Part shown: positions 38,130 through 50,169 of the stretch, piece by piece
Position numbering within the stretch: the first letter of the stretch is position 1
Layout of the letters: every line of letters starts with the position of its first letter
Source of the DNA: Eledone cirrhosa
Lineage: Eukaryota
NCBI GenBank assembly: GCA_964016885.1
Contig: OZ024741.1
Span: 228,222,001 to 228,286,000 of the forward strand
Direction of reading: 5' to 3'
Length of the DNA: 64,000 nucleotides
Position numbers and translations under genes: made by a program
The notes under the pieces: generated by a model
What the model saw: the letters and a program-made list of their open reading frames with translations, nothing else
Told to the model about the DNA's origin: nothing
Databases searched by the model: none

Positions 38130-38590
38130 CTAGCCTAGTAGTTAGAATACTAAACGACGATTTCAAATTTATGTCAAAACTGGAGCCAGCAGATCTCGAC
38201 CCTGGAGGCAAGCGCCCTGACGGAATTATCCTCTTCCCTTTCGAAGGAGGTAAATCCCTCACCTCGGACGCGACATGCTGTGACACGTTCTCCGCCTCCA
38301 ATTTAGTCACCTCGGCCACAAACCCCGATACGGAGGTCAGCAATCCAAAGGACAGGAAGACAAGCAGATATCGCGACTTGTTCGGCTACTTCGTCTTTGC
38401 ACCGATCACCGTCGAAACCTTAGGCGTCCTCGGACCCAGGATAACTGACCTCAGTAAAATCGGATCGGTAGGAGCCCGTCTGAAGAAGGAGCCCCGCAAG
38501 GTGGGGTGGCTGTTGGAGCAGGTGTCACTGACCATTGTCCACGGGACACAGCCGAAACACCGCTCGGACCTAGATGTAGAGTGTGTCACC
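38130..38590 (+). pseudogene. CRE-like non-LTR element, restriction-like endonuclease C-terminus
   Basis: KRPDG...DATCCDT...FAPITVETLG...LEQVSLTIVHG. Confidence 0.75.
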
Positions 38591-39103
38591 ATCTCCCCCT
38601 CCCTCTTTCTTTCGACCTTTGTCAAATAGTCCTTGCTCTTCCACTCTTTTCTTCTCATTTATGGCATTTATATTCCTTTCCAATACTACTTTCTTTTTCT
38701 GTATGTTTGACCAATTTACAGTTATATCAACAATAAATAAATAAAATATTTGAAAACAAAGCAAAAAAAAAAAAAGAATTTAAGAATTATTCACCTTATT
38801 GAAGGCATGGATAATCACTTGAAAAGGCAGGGTCAAGTACACCATTATCCTATCTCCGAAGCATTGAAAATATTTTGATGAACGAAAGACTTTTGACACG
38901 TGCAAAGTATAGAAGAAACTTGATTACTAAGATGTATACACAAATCAGAGCTGTCTGTTGGTGGCAGAGCTGTCAAAGGAGGCACCGACTGAGCTGTCAA
39001 TAATGTGGCTAAATATAACATTGAGCATTAGTATCCATAGCAGCTCAAATTATATAAACCCGAAGAGGAGAGCGATCTACATTTGATACCATGACCTTTA
39101 TCA

Positions 39104-40266
39104 TTAAGCCTCCTGCCTTTCATCACTTGTGACCCTGAGATACTTGAAATCCTCCACCTGCTTCAGTAGAATTCCACTCACATATAGAGTACACTGCGTA
39201 GGCTTCCTTGAGAGGACGAGTGTCTCATTCTTTGCAGCACTGATTTTCATTTCGGTCATGCAGGACTCAACAGCAAACCTATTAAGTGCATGTAGGAGAT
39301 CACCTTCTGACGAGTTAAGTAATAGCATGTCATCTGCAAATCCCAACCGACTGTACCTACATGCGCCAGACTTGATACCACTTGCAACTGGGCTGTGCAT
39401 GTCAATCCTGTCCATGATGATTATCAACAGGAGAGGTGACAGTACATACCTTTGATGAAGTTCGACACCTACATTGGATGGTTTCGACTTATCCCATTTA
39501 TCCGAACATAAATACTAGGGCATTCATATAGAGATATCAGGGTAACAAGAAACCTTAAACAGGGAAGGTATTCTCTGGCTGACTCGCGTGTGCCCCGTGT
39601 GCCGCGTGGGCTGGATCTCTGGAAAAGCACCTAAACAATGGTAATCGGGAGAAATAATATCAATTTTCAAAAAGGGAGACAAGAAGGATTGCATCAATTA
39701 TAGAAGGATCTCCTTGTTAAGTCTCCCCGGTATTGTTTATGTTAAGTGCCTGGGAAAGAGATGTAGGGATATTGGTGACCCCAAGAATTGCAGGAGCTGG
39801 TGTAGTAATGCATTCGGTTATCAGAAGAAGGGAGATAGGTGTAAAAACCAAATTCAATATCTTCAATAATGTATACGTGCCAACCTTTAGCTATGGTCAT
39901 GAATCTTAGGTAATGACCGAAAAATATGATCACGAATACAAGCAGCCGAAATGGCGTTCCTCCAAAAGGATCTGGATTAACGTTTCTCGATAGAGTGCGT
40001 AGCTCGGCGACCAGGGAGTCGCTACTTCTCCGAAGTGTGAGATCACATACTACAGGTTAGAATGTCTCAGGAAAGTATCACTGGACAGATTTTACGGGCA
40101 AAACCAACCGATAGGAGATCCAGGAGTAGACCCCGAGCAAGACAGTTGGATAACATCCATCACCTCAGCTGGCCTTGCTTGGGTATCCAGCCGAATCAAA
40201 AGAAGATTCTTAACATTTCACATGGGCAGTCATCAATAACGACGGTAAGCCGATAATGATGATGAT
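39104..40266. mobile_element. Old rearranged RTE LINE fragments (both strands)
   Basis: FADDMLL and FKYL on minus; IFKKGDKKDCINYRRISLLSLPG on plus; GAT tail. Confidence 0.7.
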
Positions 40267-41473
40267 TTAGGCACTACACCTGCATTCTATTTTATTTTCA
40301 GTTAACCTTGGTATAAAGAATAATCTGAGGCACCAGACTAATCCTACTCTGTTGAGATACTACACCCGATTTCTGGGTTTCTCAGCTGATCTAGGTATAA
40401 AGAGATGTAGATGTATCAGATCAGTTTCACTATAACTAGACAGTACACCTGCACTCTGTTTCTCTGCTGATCTAAGTATGAGAAATGGATAGATATCCTA
40501 GATTAACCCGACCCTATTATTTGGAAATAAAGTCCTAGATAGACTGTCTGAAAATATAATTCCAGATAGACTGTTTGGAAAAAAGACTGGATGGTCACAA
40601 CTGGAACTCTCTTTATCGCATGTTTACTGGGTTAGGGATGATTTGCAGCTAAGTAATAACAACGTTAATAGAGTTGAAGGAATGGCGGTAAAGAACGGTA
40701 AAAAGAACAGAGGGCTAACTGAAGTATACACAAGGTTTACATTACATGTAGTAGAAGTGTTTGGGCGGTTAATTTTACTCTAGAGGACCAAGTGTAATGA
40801 ATTGCAACATTGAATTACCTCCCTTTATATTTCTGAGTTCAATTTTCACTGAGGTGAACTTTTCTTTGCATCATTCAAGGGTCGATAACATATAGTACCA
40901 GTCAAGTACTGGAGCTGATTAAATAAATTACACGATTTTCTCTATGTGACGCAGTATATGCGTTATAAATTGTTATTTGGAAGAGTTCAAATTCCGTCCA
41001 AATCAACTTTACCAATTCATACTTCCACGAGGTCTATGGAATAAAGTACTAGACAGGTACTGGGGAGGATTAAATCAACTTTCACTTCTTTTACATTTAA
41101 TTTTAGAGTTCTATTCATGTCTGAGTAAAACTTCCCCCTCATTCTTACACGGGTTGATAAAATATACGTTTCAGTCACGCTTACCAGCAATATAATCTGT
41201 TTGGTGGCCTTGTGTCTAATGTTAGATAGATATCATGATTCGAAGACTGCTTCAAAATAAGAAGAATTCCACGTCGTCACCTCCTGGAAATTTCTTGAGG
41301 AAAACAAATATAGATGGTAGAAGTAAGAGTATTTCTATAATCAGCTTTGAAAAAGACAAAAATACACCCAATTTCCTGTTATATTGCTGTGGTTATTTAG
41401 CTGATAGACACGTAATAATAATGGTTTCTAATTCAAGCACAAGGCCAGCAGCTCACAATCCATTGGGCCATAA

Positions 41474-41474
<1 letters not shown>

Positions 41475-41525
<51 letters not shown>

Positions 41526-41810
41526 ATATAATATAATATAATATAATATAATATAATATAATATAATATAATATAACATAACATAACATAACATAACATA
41601 ACATAACATAACATAACATAACATAACATAACATAACATAACATAACATAACATAACATAACATAACATAACATAACATAACATAACATAACATAATATA
41701 ATATAATATAATATAATATAATATAATATAATATAATATAATATAATATAATATAATATAATATAATATAATATAATATAATATAATATAATATAATATA
41801 ATATAATATT
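41475..41810. repeat. (TA)n-(ATATA)n-(ACATA)n compound microsatellite
   Basis: Direct sequence. Confidence 0.95.
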
Positions 41811-41944
41811 ATATAATATATTATATATTATATAATATTATGTTATATTATATTATATTATGTATACTCCAGTCCTACAAACTGTAGAGTGCTTCTTATC
41901 CGATATCTGCATTGCTTTATTGTATTACAATAAAACTCACCTCC

Positions 41945-41997
<53 letters not shown>

Positions 41998-42329
41998 ATC
42001 CTCAGTTCGGTCATCAAACACCAAAACTTGCATACATGTGCAAGTAGGATTGTTTATTTTGGATTTATAGAAACCTATCGGAGGCACGGCACTGTGCCTT
42101 CCGAGACGGTCCAGGTTTGTTAATTAACCTGAAAGTGTTTTCGTTGCTTCTGTGTTGTGGCTAGGCTTGCCTGCTACAGTTTTCAATTTGTCCTGCTATC
42201 TAACGTGTTATTATTCTGAGCACAGCCTCATCGAGTGCTTGGCTGCATAAATTCCTGATTGTATTTCGTTAGCTTGGCTACGGCCGAAACTTCGATTTTA
42301 CTAAACTTCCATTTGTATATATATATATA

Positions 42330-43275
42330 TCTTTCGCCTTAACTCTCCTGCTCTGAGCCGGTGCTACAGTAAAGCCAGAGTGCTGGTGTTTCTCCAGTGC
42401 AAGGCGCATACAATAGTCCACTACGATGATAAAAAGGTAGGGAGCCAATGTATCTCGCTGGAGCACTCCAGCCAGTATCTCAAAGAACTCTGTCATCCCA
42501 TCAGCTGCTGAATTTGCCGACGACATAGTTTTGGTGACAAATACAGTGAAGGGGGCAGAGGATTTGATGCAGGAGGTTGAGACTGTGTCGGTCGATGAGT
42601 GTGGGGCTGAGAATGAATGAGACTAAAACAAAATATCTGGTAGAGAATGTTGAGAAGCCAGAGGGGATCACTAATGTAAGCGGGAAGCCACTAGAATTGG
42701 TTGAGGACTTCCTGTATTTGGGAGCAAAGATTGGGAATACGGAAGATGATGTGGTTGAGAGGAAGAGCAAGGCCTGGGCGGCGTGCCACAGCTTGAGATT
42801 GGTGTGGAAGTCGGACCTTCGTAAAGACCTGAAGGTCCGCCTCTTCATTGCTGTAGTGGAGTCTGTGCTGCTGTATGGGTCTCAGACTTGGTCACTGACC
42901 AAGAAACTCACTCAGATGGTGGATGGGTGTTACACGAGAATGCTGAGGATGGCTCTGAACATTAATCAGTATAGACTGAGGATGAAGAACTCAGAGCTGT
43001 ATGGGAACCTCCCAAAAGTCAGCTCAAAAGTGACACAGAGGAGACTGAGGTTAGCAGGACATGCTCACCGACATTCAGAGTTGACATTGCACTCAGTGCT
43101 CCTTTGGGAGCCCCTACATGGACACACTGGAAGAGGAAGACCAAGGTTGACGTATTTTGATGCCCTGAGGACAGACACTGGTCTGTTGGAGACGCAGGAC
43201 ATGGCAGCGATAAAGAAGGACAGAGACCGCTGGAGAGAACTCGTCCATGGATCTCGGGAATTTTACCCGCCCTAG
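42330..43275 (+). mobile_element. RTE-X-like LINE with inverted 5' segment
   Basis: Minus 42330-42503 GVLQRDTLAPYLF; plus 42505-43275 FADD, FLYLG, VESVLLYGSQTW, RLRLAGH. Confidence 0.85.
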
Positions 43276-43286
43276 AAAAAAAGATA

Positions 43287-43358
<72 letters not shown>

Positions 43359-43534
43359 ACGAAGGGTATAAGTAATTCATTTTAGATGGTTATATGTGGT
43401 TATTAGAAATTATTATAACAGAGTTGTTAGATGAAATAATAAGTATAATAAGAATAAATGATTTTATTTATATATGGTTTACTTCATGTGAATCAATTAA
43501 AAAGTACAATAAAACAGTTACCAAAAGTTGAGAA

Positions 43535-44075
43535 GGTTGACGTTGTCGTTGTGAGTCTGAGACTATAGTGAGTGAGAGAGAGAGTAATGGTTTGTATACC
43601 TCTGAATGGTCTGTAGTGGTTGGTTGACGTTGTCGTTGTGAGTCTGAGACTATAGTGAGTGAGAGAGAGAGTAATGATTTGTATACCTCTGAATGGTCTG
43701 TAGTGGTTGGTTGACGTTGTCGTTGTGAGTCTGAGACCATAGTGAGTGAGAGAGAGAGTAATGGTTTGTATACCTCTGAATGGTTTGTAGTAGTTGGTTG
43801 ACGTTGTCGTGAGACTATTCTCTCTCTATTTCTGTAGACCACTGGGGTCTGTTGATAGCGGTGAATCTTTATATAGCTTGTTGTGTATCGTAGAGCTCCG
43901 ATGTCTCTGTGTTTCTGTAGACCTCAAGGGCCTGAAGGTAGCGGTGGATCTTTACATAGTTAGTTGCTAGCGTAATGCTCCGATCTTTCTTTTCTTCTGT
44001 AGACTACTGGGGTCTGTTGATATTGGTGAATCTTTCATATAGATTGTTCTGTAGTGGGGTGCTCCGATGTCTTTG
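43535..44075. repeat. Two adjacent minisatellites (~87-bp x3 and ~83-bp x3)
   Basis: GGTTGACGTTGTCGTTGTGAGTCTGAGAC... and TTCTGTAGACC...GCTCCGAT units. Confidence 0.85.
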
Positions 44076-44250
44076 TGTAAACGTGGGATGATAAAGGCTT
44101 TATATACCTGTCGCTTCCTGCCTCCCACCTTGAGGGGGTAGACAAGGCATCAACCTGTTCACACCAAAAGGGTGGTGACCTAGAATTTGACCTTTAGATG
44201 TCACCCAAGGTTAAAGGCGTGGACAGATCTCGCTACATATATATATATAT

Positions 44251-45005
44251 AGAAGTGGTTACACAACAGTTAGTTCACCATACCGAGAACAATTGTTTCA
44301 CCTTAGCCGATCATCAGCTCGTAATGGACATGGTTATACGGAACAGGAAGGACAACCGTACGAACGCGCATGTGCAGAAACGATCACTTCACACAGGCAA
44401 TACTAAATTGCGTGCGAGAGGTGTAAGGAAGATAACTACGAAACTCCGAAAGTTTCTAGATGATAAGAAAATTGGGATGTTGTTGTAATTCAATCCGGAG
44501 CCTTGTAGTTATGTAAGAGGTGTTTCCAGACGTGTGGAAAACGTGTGACGAATTCATTTCTTGAGTTTAGGCAATCACTATTGCGTAATCTCTTTAGAAT
44601 ATTTGTTCGTTAATCAATACATAGTCCACACGACGGATTGCCCCTTGCGTATGGCTTGGACTTAGTGATGACTTTCCATTGATTGGAGTAGTCTATACTT
44701 GAGTCCTTGAGGGATCATACGTGGCTAGCGAGTTTCGTGGATTAACGTCTGTCCGGGTACCTAAAGGTCGATTAGTGGTTCAGGAAGCGTTCCTTAAATC
44801 GGCCCTCCGCGATACCTACATAGGATTTGACCTCCTGTGGTTGATTTGGTCGGTTGGAAGTGACCACAGCTTCATAAACTACAGCGGGTGTGTTTAAAAA
44901 AGACTTAGCTTCTACCTTCAATGAATTAGGACTTAGGATAACAGTAGCTACCAACCTCTCTAGCGTAGATTTCTTAGACATTAATTTAGACCTTCGCACA
45001 CACAC
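44251..45005. mobile_element. PLE fragment: inverted GIY-YIG/pLTR joined to RT-thumb piece (same family as 59624-61610)
   Basis: Matches 59624-60270 and 60333-60447. Confidence 0.85.
44283..44321 (-). ncRNA. Type I hammerhead in pLTR
   Basis: CGAG-CTGATGA-T-cggctaagg-T-GAA-AC aatt GT-T-CTCG; stem II weak. Confidence 0.6.
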
Positions 45006-45049
45006 CTACAGCAGTTTCGACGGCTATTTCCAGAAATAGCCGTCGAAAC

Positions 45050-45360
45050 GGCTTGAGCTCTGCCATCGGAGTTAAACATTTTCCTATTACCCACTCTACT
45101 ACCCTAAGTATTGAGTACTATGGTGCGTTATGGTCCATCTGGGTCCTTACAACACCTTCGTTATCTAGCTCCTACCTCCGTAGTAGAACACTTTCCGACC
45201 CTACCACGCCATATCCTGACTTTTACACCCAGCTCTAGTTTCATTACCCTCACCATGCGAAAACACAATATCGACTTCTCCACCAAGAACATCCCAGTTC
45301 CACTGAGAAAACTTTACCTTCAGATGCTTCCGCAAAAAATCGACCTGTTTGCCAAAAGAC
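45050..45360 (+). mobile_element. PLE 5' region and ORF start
   Basis: MRKHNIDFSTKNIPVP.RKLYLQML...FAKR resembles the N-terminus at ~33860. Confidence 0.65.
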
Positions 45361-45429
45361 AGATGGAGACTTAAGAGTCCAGAAATAGCCGTCGAAACGT
45401 CGAAATAGCTGTGCCGTCGGGGTTTAACC

Positions 45430-45502
<73 letters not shown>

Positions 45503-45513
45503 TTAATATAGAT

Positions 45514-45566
45514 GAGATTCTACAGGACTAGAACTGTTTCATTGTTTAGAAATCATCAGGAATCTC
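45514..45566 (-). ncRNA. Type I hammerhead in palindrome 45500-45626
   Basis: GAGATTC-CTGATGA-TTTCtaaaCAAT-GAA-ACAG ttctagtc CTGT-A-GAATCTC. Confidence 0.7.
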
Positions 45567-45698
45567 CTGATAATTTCTAAAGAAAGAAACAGTTCTAGTC
45601 CTGTATAATCTCATCTATATTAAAACTTTTATGCTCTGCTATGTATTGAGTACCTTACTTACTGTGGATACCTCCGATTCAACACACGGAATAACTTA

Positions 45699-45980
<282 letters not shown>

Positions 45981-46372
45981 CGAGGGTAATCCCCAATGTA
46001 AGGTCTCCAAAGCGATGGGGACGCAGAGAAACTGTTCGTACAGCTGTTGGCAACACTGTTGTGATTGGTGCTTCCTTCACTCCCATACAAGCATGCGCGC
46101 GCTTCGCTGGGATGCCCAATCCTGGCTTGGCAACCGTTGAGAATGGAGCTCTCGGTGAACGCAACCGACAAGTGCGAATTTCGCGCAGTTATTATATAGA
46201 GGGCAATCCCAAAAGTAAGGTCTCCTTCCGAGAAAAACATGCGTAAAGATCGGCGGATCACACTGGATGCTCTCTGCATTTTGTTTCCCGAGGTTTCCCG
46301 AAGCACCATCTACAGGATTTTAACGGAAAAGTTGCAATATCGGAAGGAGACCTTACTTTTGGGATTGCCCTC

Positions 46373-46373
<1 letters not shown>
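45981..46373. mobile_element. mariner deletion derivative with an extra internal TIR
   Basis: TA|CGAGGG(T/C)AATCCC..GTAAGGTCTCC TIRs; transposase HTH remnant [11 protein letters not shown]...[17 protein letters not shown]; third TIR at ~46199. Confidence 0.85.
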
Positions 46374-46414
<41 letters not shown>

Positions 46415-46501
46415 GTTCGTTATTCCGGGTTGAATCGGAGGTAACCACAGTAAGTAAGGTACTCAATACATTGCAGAGTATAAAAGATTTAATATAGATG
46501 A

Positions 46502-46550
46502 GATTCTACAGGACTAGAACTGTTTCATTCTTTAGAAATCATCAGGAATC
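46502..46550 (-). ncRNA. Type I hammerhead (left arm of perfect palindrome)
   Basis: GATTC-CTGATGA-TTTCtaaaGAAT-GAA-ACAG ttctagtc CTGT-A-GAATC. Confidence 0.8.
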
Positions 46551-46551
46551 T

Positions 46552-46600
46552 GATTCCTGATGATTTCTAAAGAATGAAACAGTTCTAGTCCTGTAGAATC
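46552..46600 (+). ncRNA. Type I hammerhead (right arm of perfect palindrome)
   Basis: Identical motif on the plus strand. Confidence 0.8.
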
Positions 46601-46603
46601 TCA

Positions 46604-46690
<87 letters not shown>

Positions 46691-47459
46691 TTGTGTCTGC
46701 TAGAATGCGTGAGTGTGTATTACACAGAAAGCAATCGGTTACTTGCGTGTGAAAGTATCAAATAAATCATTTTATATTTAGTAATTATTCATAAGTATGT
46801 AATACATCCGTTGTTAATTAATAATTATCTCTTAACTAAAAGTAGTCATGACTAAAATATAGTAGCCACGAAGAAAGAGAACAAAAATGAAATGAGATGT
46901 CCCACCGATCACGCGTGCGAAGTGAATTGGCGGAGGCTTAGAGCATACGAGAACATGTCTGACACTGTTCCGGCTCTCTGTCCTTTGAGTTCAAATGCCA
47001 CCGAGGTCAATTTTGTGTTTCATGTTTTACGGGGTCGATATAATAAAGTACCTATCCAGGACGGCGGATTAGTGGAATTGTAAGATCATTGGATGAGATG
47101 AGGTGTCTTGTGGCCTACTTGGGCGATCCACTTAATCCGTCGCATCATCATCTGAGCGCTGAGTGCTTTAACCAAGTCCACTCAGATGCAGAGAGAGTGA
47201 GAGAGAGAGATAAGATGGGAGAGGGAAACGGAAAGGGCGAGAGAATTACACAAAGGTTGAGTGGAACAGAGTGCTTGTCTTTAGAGATTGAAAATGACTC
47301 AATACATTGAGTTTTGTATATGAGAAGCTGAAACTCCTTGAATCGTAACACAGTGTTTCGATTGAATGAGACCCTTCTTATTGAAACCATTATTAATAAA
47401 ATATTTTTTAATAAAAAGATTATGAGAAGTAGATAGGTTTTTATATTACACTAACATAT

Positions 47460-47830
47460 AATTGTTTCTACTTTTAGCACAAGGCCAGCAAATATCCAGT
47501 GTATTACTGGTACTTTATTTTATCGACCTCGTAAGGATGAAAGGCAAAGTTAACCTCGGCGGGATTTGAACTCAGAATGGCAAGGGCCGTAACTCTATGC
47601 GTCAAAGCATGGCGCCGACCCTCTATTGATACTGCCAATCCATATAATGCTTAAAATATCCTCTAGGAAGTATGCAAGAGTTGTTGTTCTTTTTTGAATT
47701 ATGTTTCTTAATAATCGTTTATACTATTGGCACAAGGCCAGCAATTACCCAGTACTTTATTTTATCGACCCGGTAAGGATGAAAGGCAAAGTTAACCCTG
47801 GCGGAATTTGAACACAGACCATAAAGGGCC
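47460..47830 (-). mobile_element. Two SINE copies (47460-47641, 47727-47830)
   Basis: Reverse match to SINE consensus. Confidence 0.8.
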
Positions 47831-48434
47831 TTAATAATAAAATGAAAGTTCTTTCCCTTGAATTTACTTTTGAAACATTTTAAGAGTTCTCTCCCTTAGT
47901 ATATAGTATACCATTGCGAGTTGTGTATATGGCTGTTTCATTCGTTAGATATCGTTACCAAAACTTCGTGTATTGTATACATTGTGTAAATTCGTTTTAA
48001 CTATGCAAAGGTGATAGTGTTATAGCAGGAATGTCTTAAATTTTAAATCTGCTCAAATATTTACGAAGGCCTTGACGTAACCACTTAAGCAGTTAGAAAT
48101 GTCATACAGATCTTCGGCAAATCAGAGTCGTCCCTCTTGAAAAAAAGGGGAGTTCATTCAATAATGTAGTTCGCTTCTTTTACTTTTAAGTAAAGATGAC
48201 CTTGACCTAAACAACACCTCGAACCCAACAACAACATTATTGTTGATTGACACCAATCCTCTGCTTTTCCTAGACAGGTAATTAGAGTCACTCACCAATA
48301 CATTCTCCGATTCACAGATGTCCTGTTTCACCTCTACATGATTTACCGGTGTTCCTCCAAACCTGCTGATATTGGTCTTCGACCCATAATAACTCAACAC
48401 ACTCACTCGCTTCCCTTCCTCTCGACACACCGTA

Positions 48435-48570
48435 AAGGTGCGTGGCTTAGTGGTCAAAGTGATCAGCTCACGAACGTAAGGTTGTGAGACCGATTTCCAG
48501 CAGTGCGTTGTGCTCTTAAGCAAGACAATTTATTTCGCAGTTTCAATCCACCCAGCTGTATAAAATGAGT
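48435..48570 (+). mobile_element. tRNA-derived CORE-type SINE (second family; also ~49288-49395, 62417-62478)
   Basis: A box TGGCTTAGTGG; core-like GTG(C)TCTT(A/G)AGCAAGACA(C)TTTATTTC. Confidence 0.6.
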
Positions 48571-48632
48571 TGTTGCTATAAATTCAAAGTCCCAGCCTTG
48601 CCATACTCTGTATCCCGCTAAATCTCTCTTAA

Positions 48633-48927
48633 CACTTTAGCATTTAAACCGGCCATATCCGGCCAGTATTCTCTCACCCCTGTCTGTTCAAACCGGGTGT
48701 AACTGGCCACTCATACTGATGTTAAGGTATTATTCTCAAAATAAATAATTGTTTCTACTTTAGGCACAAGGCCAGCAATTACCCAGTGCATTACTGGTAC
48801 TTTATTTTCTCAAAATAAATAATATCAAAATTTCATAGATTCAACATTATGTGAGATAATTATGTGAGGTAAAGTGTTTACCGTGAAAATACAATAGTAA
48901 ATATAGAGTAATGTAAATACTAAAGGG
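48633..48927. mobile_element. piggyBac-like MITE with nested truncated SINE (48750-48806)
   Basis: TTAA both sides; TIR CACTTTAGCATTTA/TAAATACTAAAGGG; SINE flanked by 17-bp TSD TTCTCAAAATAAATAAT. Confidence 0.8.
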
Positions 48928-49809
48928 TTAAGAGAAGACGTGTCTGTATAAGAATGTTAACCACATGCACGTTAATTTCATGAGCCGAATGTTCCATTGA
49001 ATGAATCAACTGGAAAAGTCGTCGTTGGAGCCGACTAAATTCTGATACAAAACACTGTGAAACAAAGCCACCCAGTTCATTACCAAAACATGTGCCGAAT
49101 TCTTTCTGTATGATCCCTCGGGAATTCCCTCTCACTCATATTTTTGTTGTATTAAAATAAACATCGAACCACACCAGTCTCGCAAGTGACTGGAAGCCTA
49201 CCAATACCATGCATGTAATTCCTTCTTTCTGACAAAAGCATTAGAAGAAAACACGAACCAATTAGCATCAACATATTAGTACTGTGAAGGCGCGTGGTCC
49301 AGTAGCTAGAGTGTTGGCTTCACAATAATAAGGGCGTGGGTCCGATTTCTAGACAGAGCAGTGAATTGTGTTCAAGACATTTCATTTGACGTTGCCTTTC
49401 ATGAAAATACTGGTGGGGTCCCGTATCGTTAAAACGCCAAAGAAACCGCCTATGAGATGTGACCTCGTAAGACGCTTGCTAAGCTTGCACAGATTTGAGT
49501 TATAAATTTCCTTATAATGTTTCATTTTAACCACTTAACACTAACCAATTAGCAATTTGATGAATGATTAAATATATTAGACGAGGTTCAATAATAATTT
49601 CGACTGTTTTTAAGTGAATTTTAACAAGATCTGCTTGTTATTTCAAGCAGGTCCAGCCGCCAGGCTGACGCCCCAGTTTCTGGCTTGTAGATATTGTTGT
49701 TGTTTTTTTTTGGTTGTATTTATTGTTGCTGTTGTTCTTGTTCAGTTTTTTACTATTGATAGTGACACGTCGAAAAATATTTTCGAAGTGGATGTAAGCA
49801 ACGGAAATG

Positions 49810-49875
<66 letters not shown>

Positions 49876-50169
49876 ACAAATGTACGTGTGTAAGAAAGTA
49901 GGTTTGTATGTATATATGTAGGAAAGTAGGTAAGTATGTATGTTCTTCTGGTTTTATAATTTCACAAATTTTTACCAATAGAGAGAGAGTCGGTTTCTAA
50001 CATAGACACAAGACTCTCTCATTGGAATTTACATAACATCAACTAGGTAGATTATGTATGCATGCATACATGTGTAGATATTGATGTTATTCTATGTGTG
50101 GATGTATATGTTTTGAGTTGTATGTGTGCATGTGTATATGCTTTGTATCTGTACATGTGTATATGCAGT

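Noticed and set aside
42067-42118. Hairpin AAACCT...GGCAC..GTGCC..CGAGACGGTCCAGGTTT resembling a decayed HHR
   Set aside because: Both catalytic core segments are non-matching.
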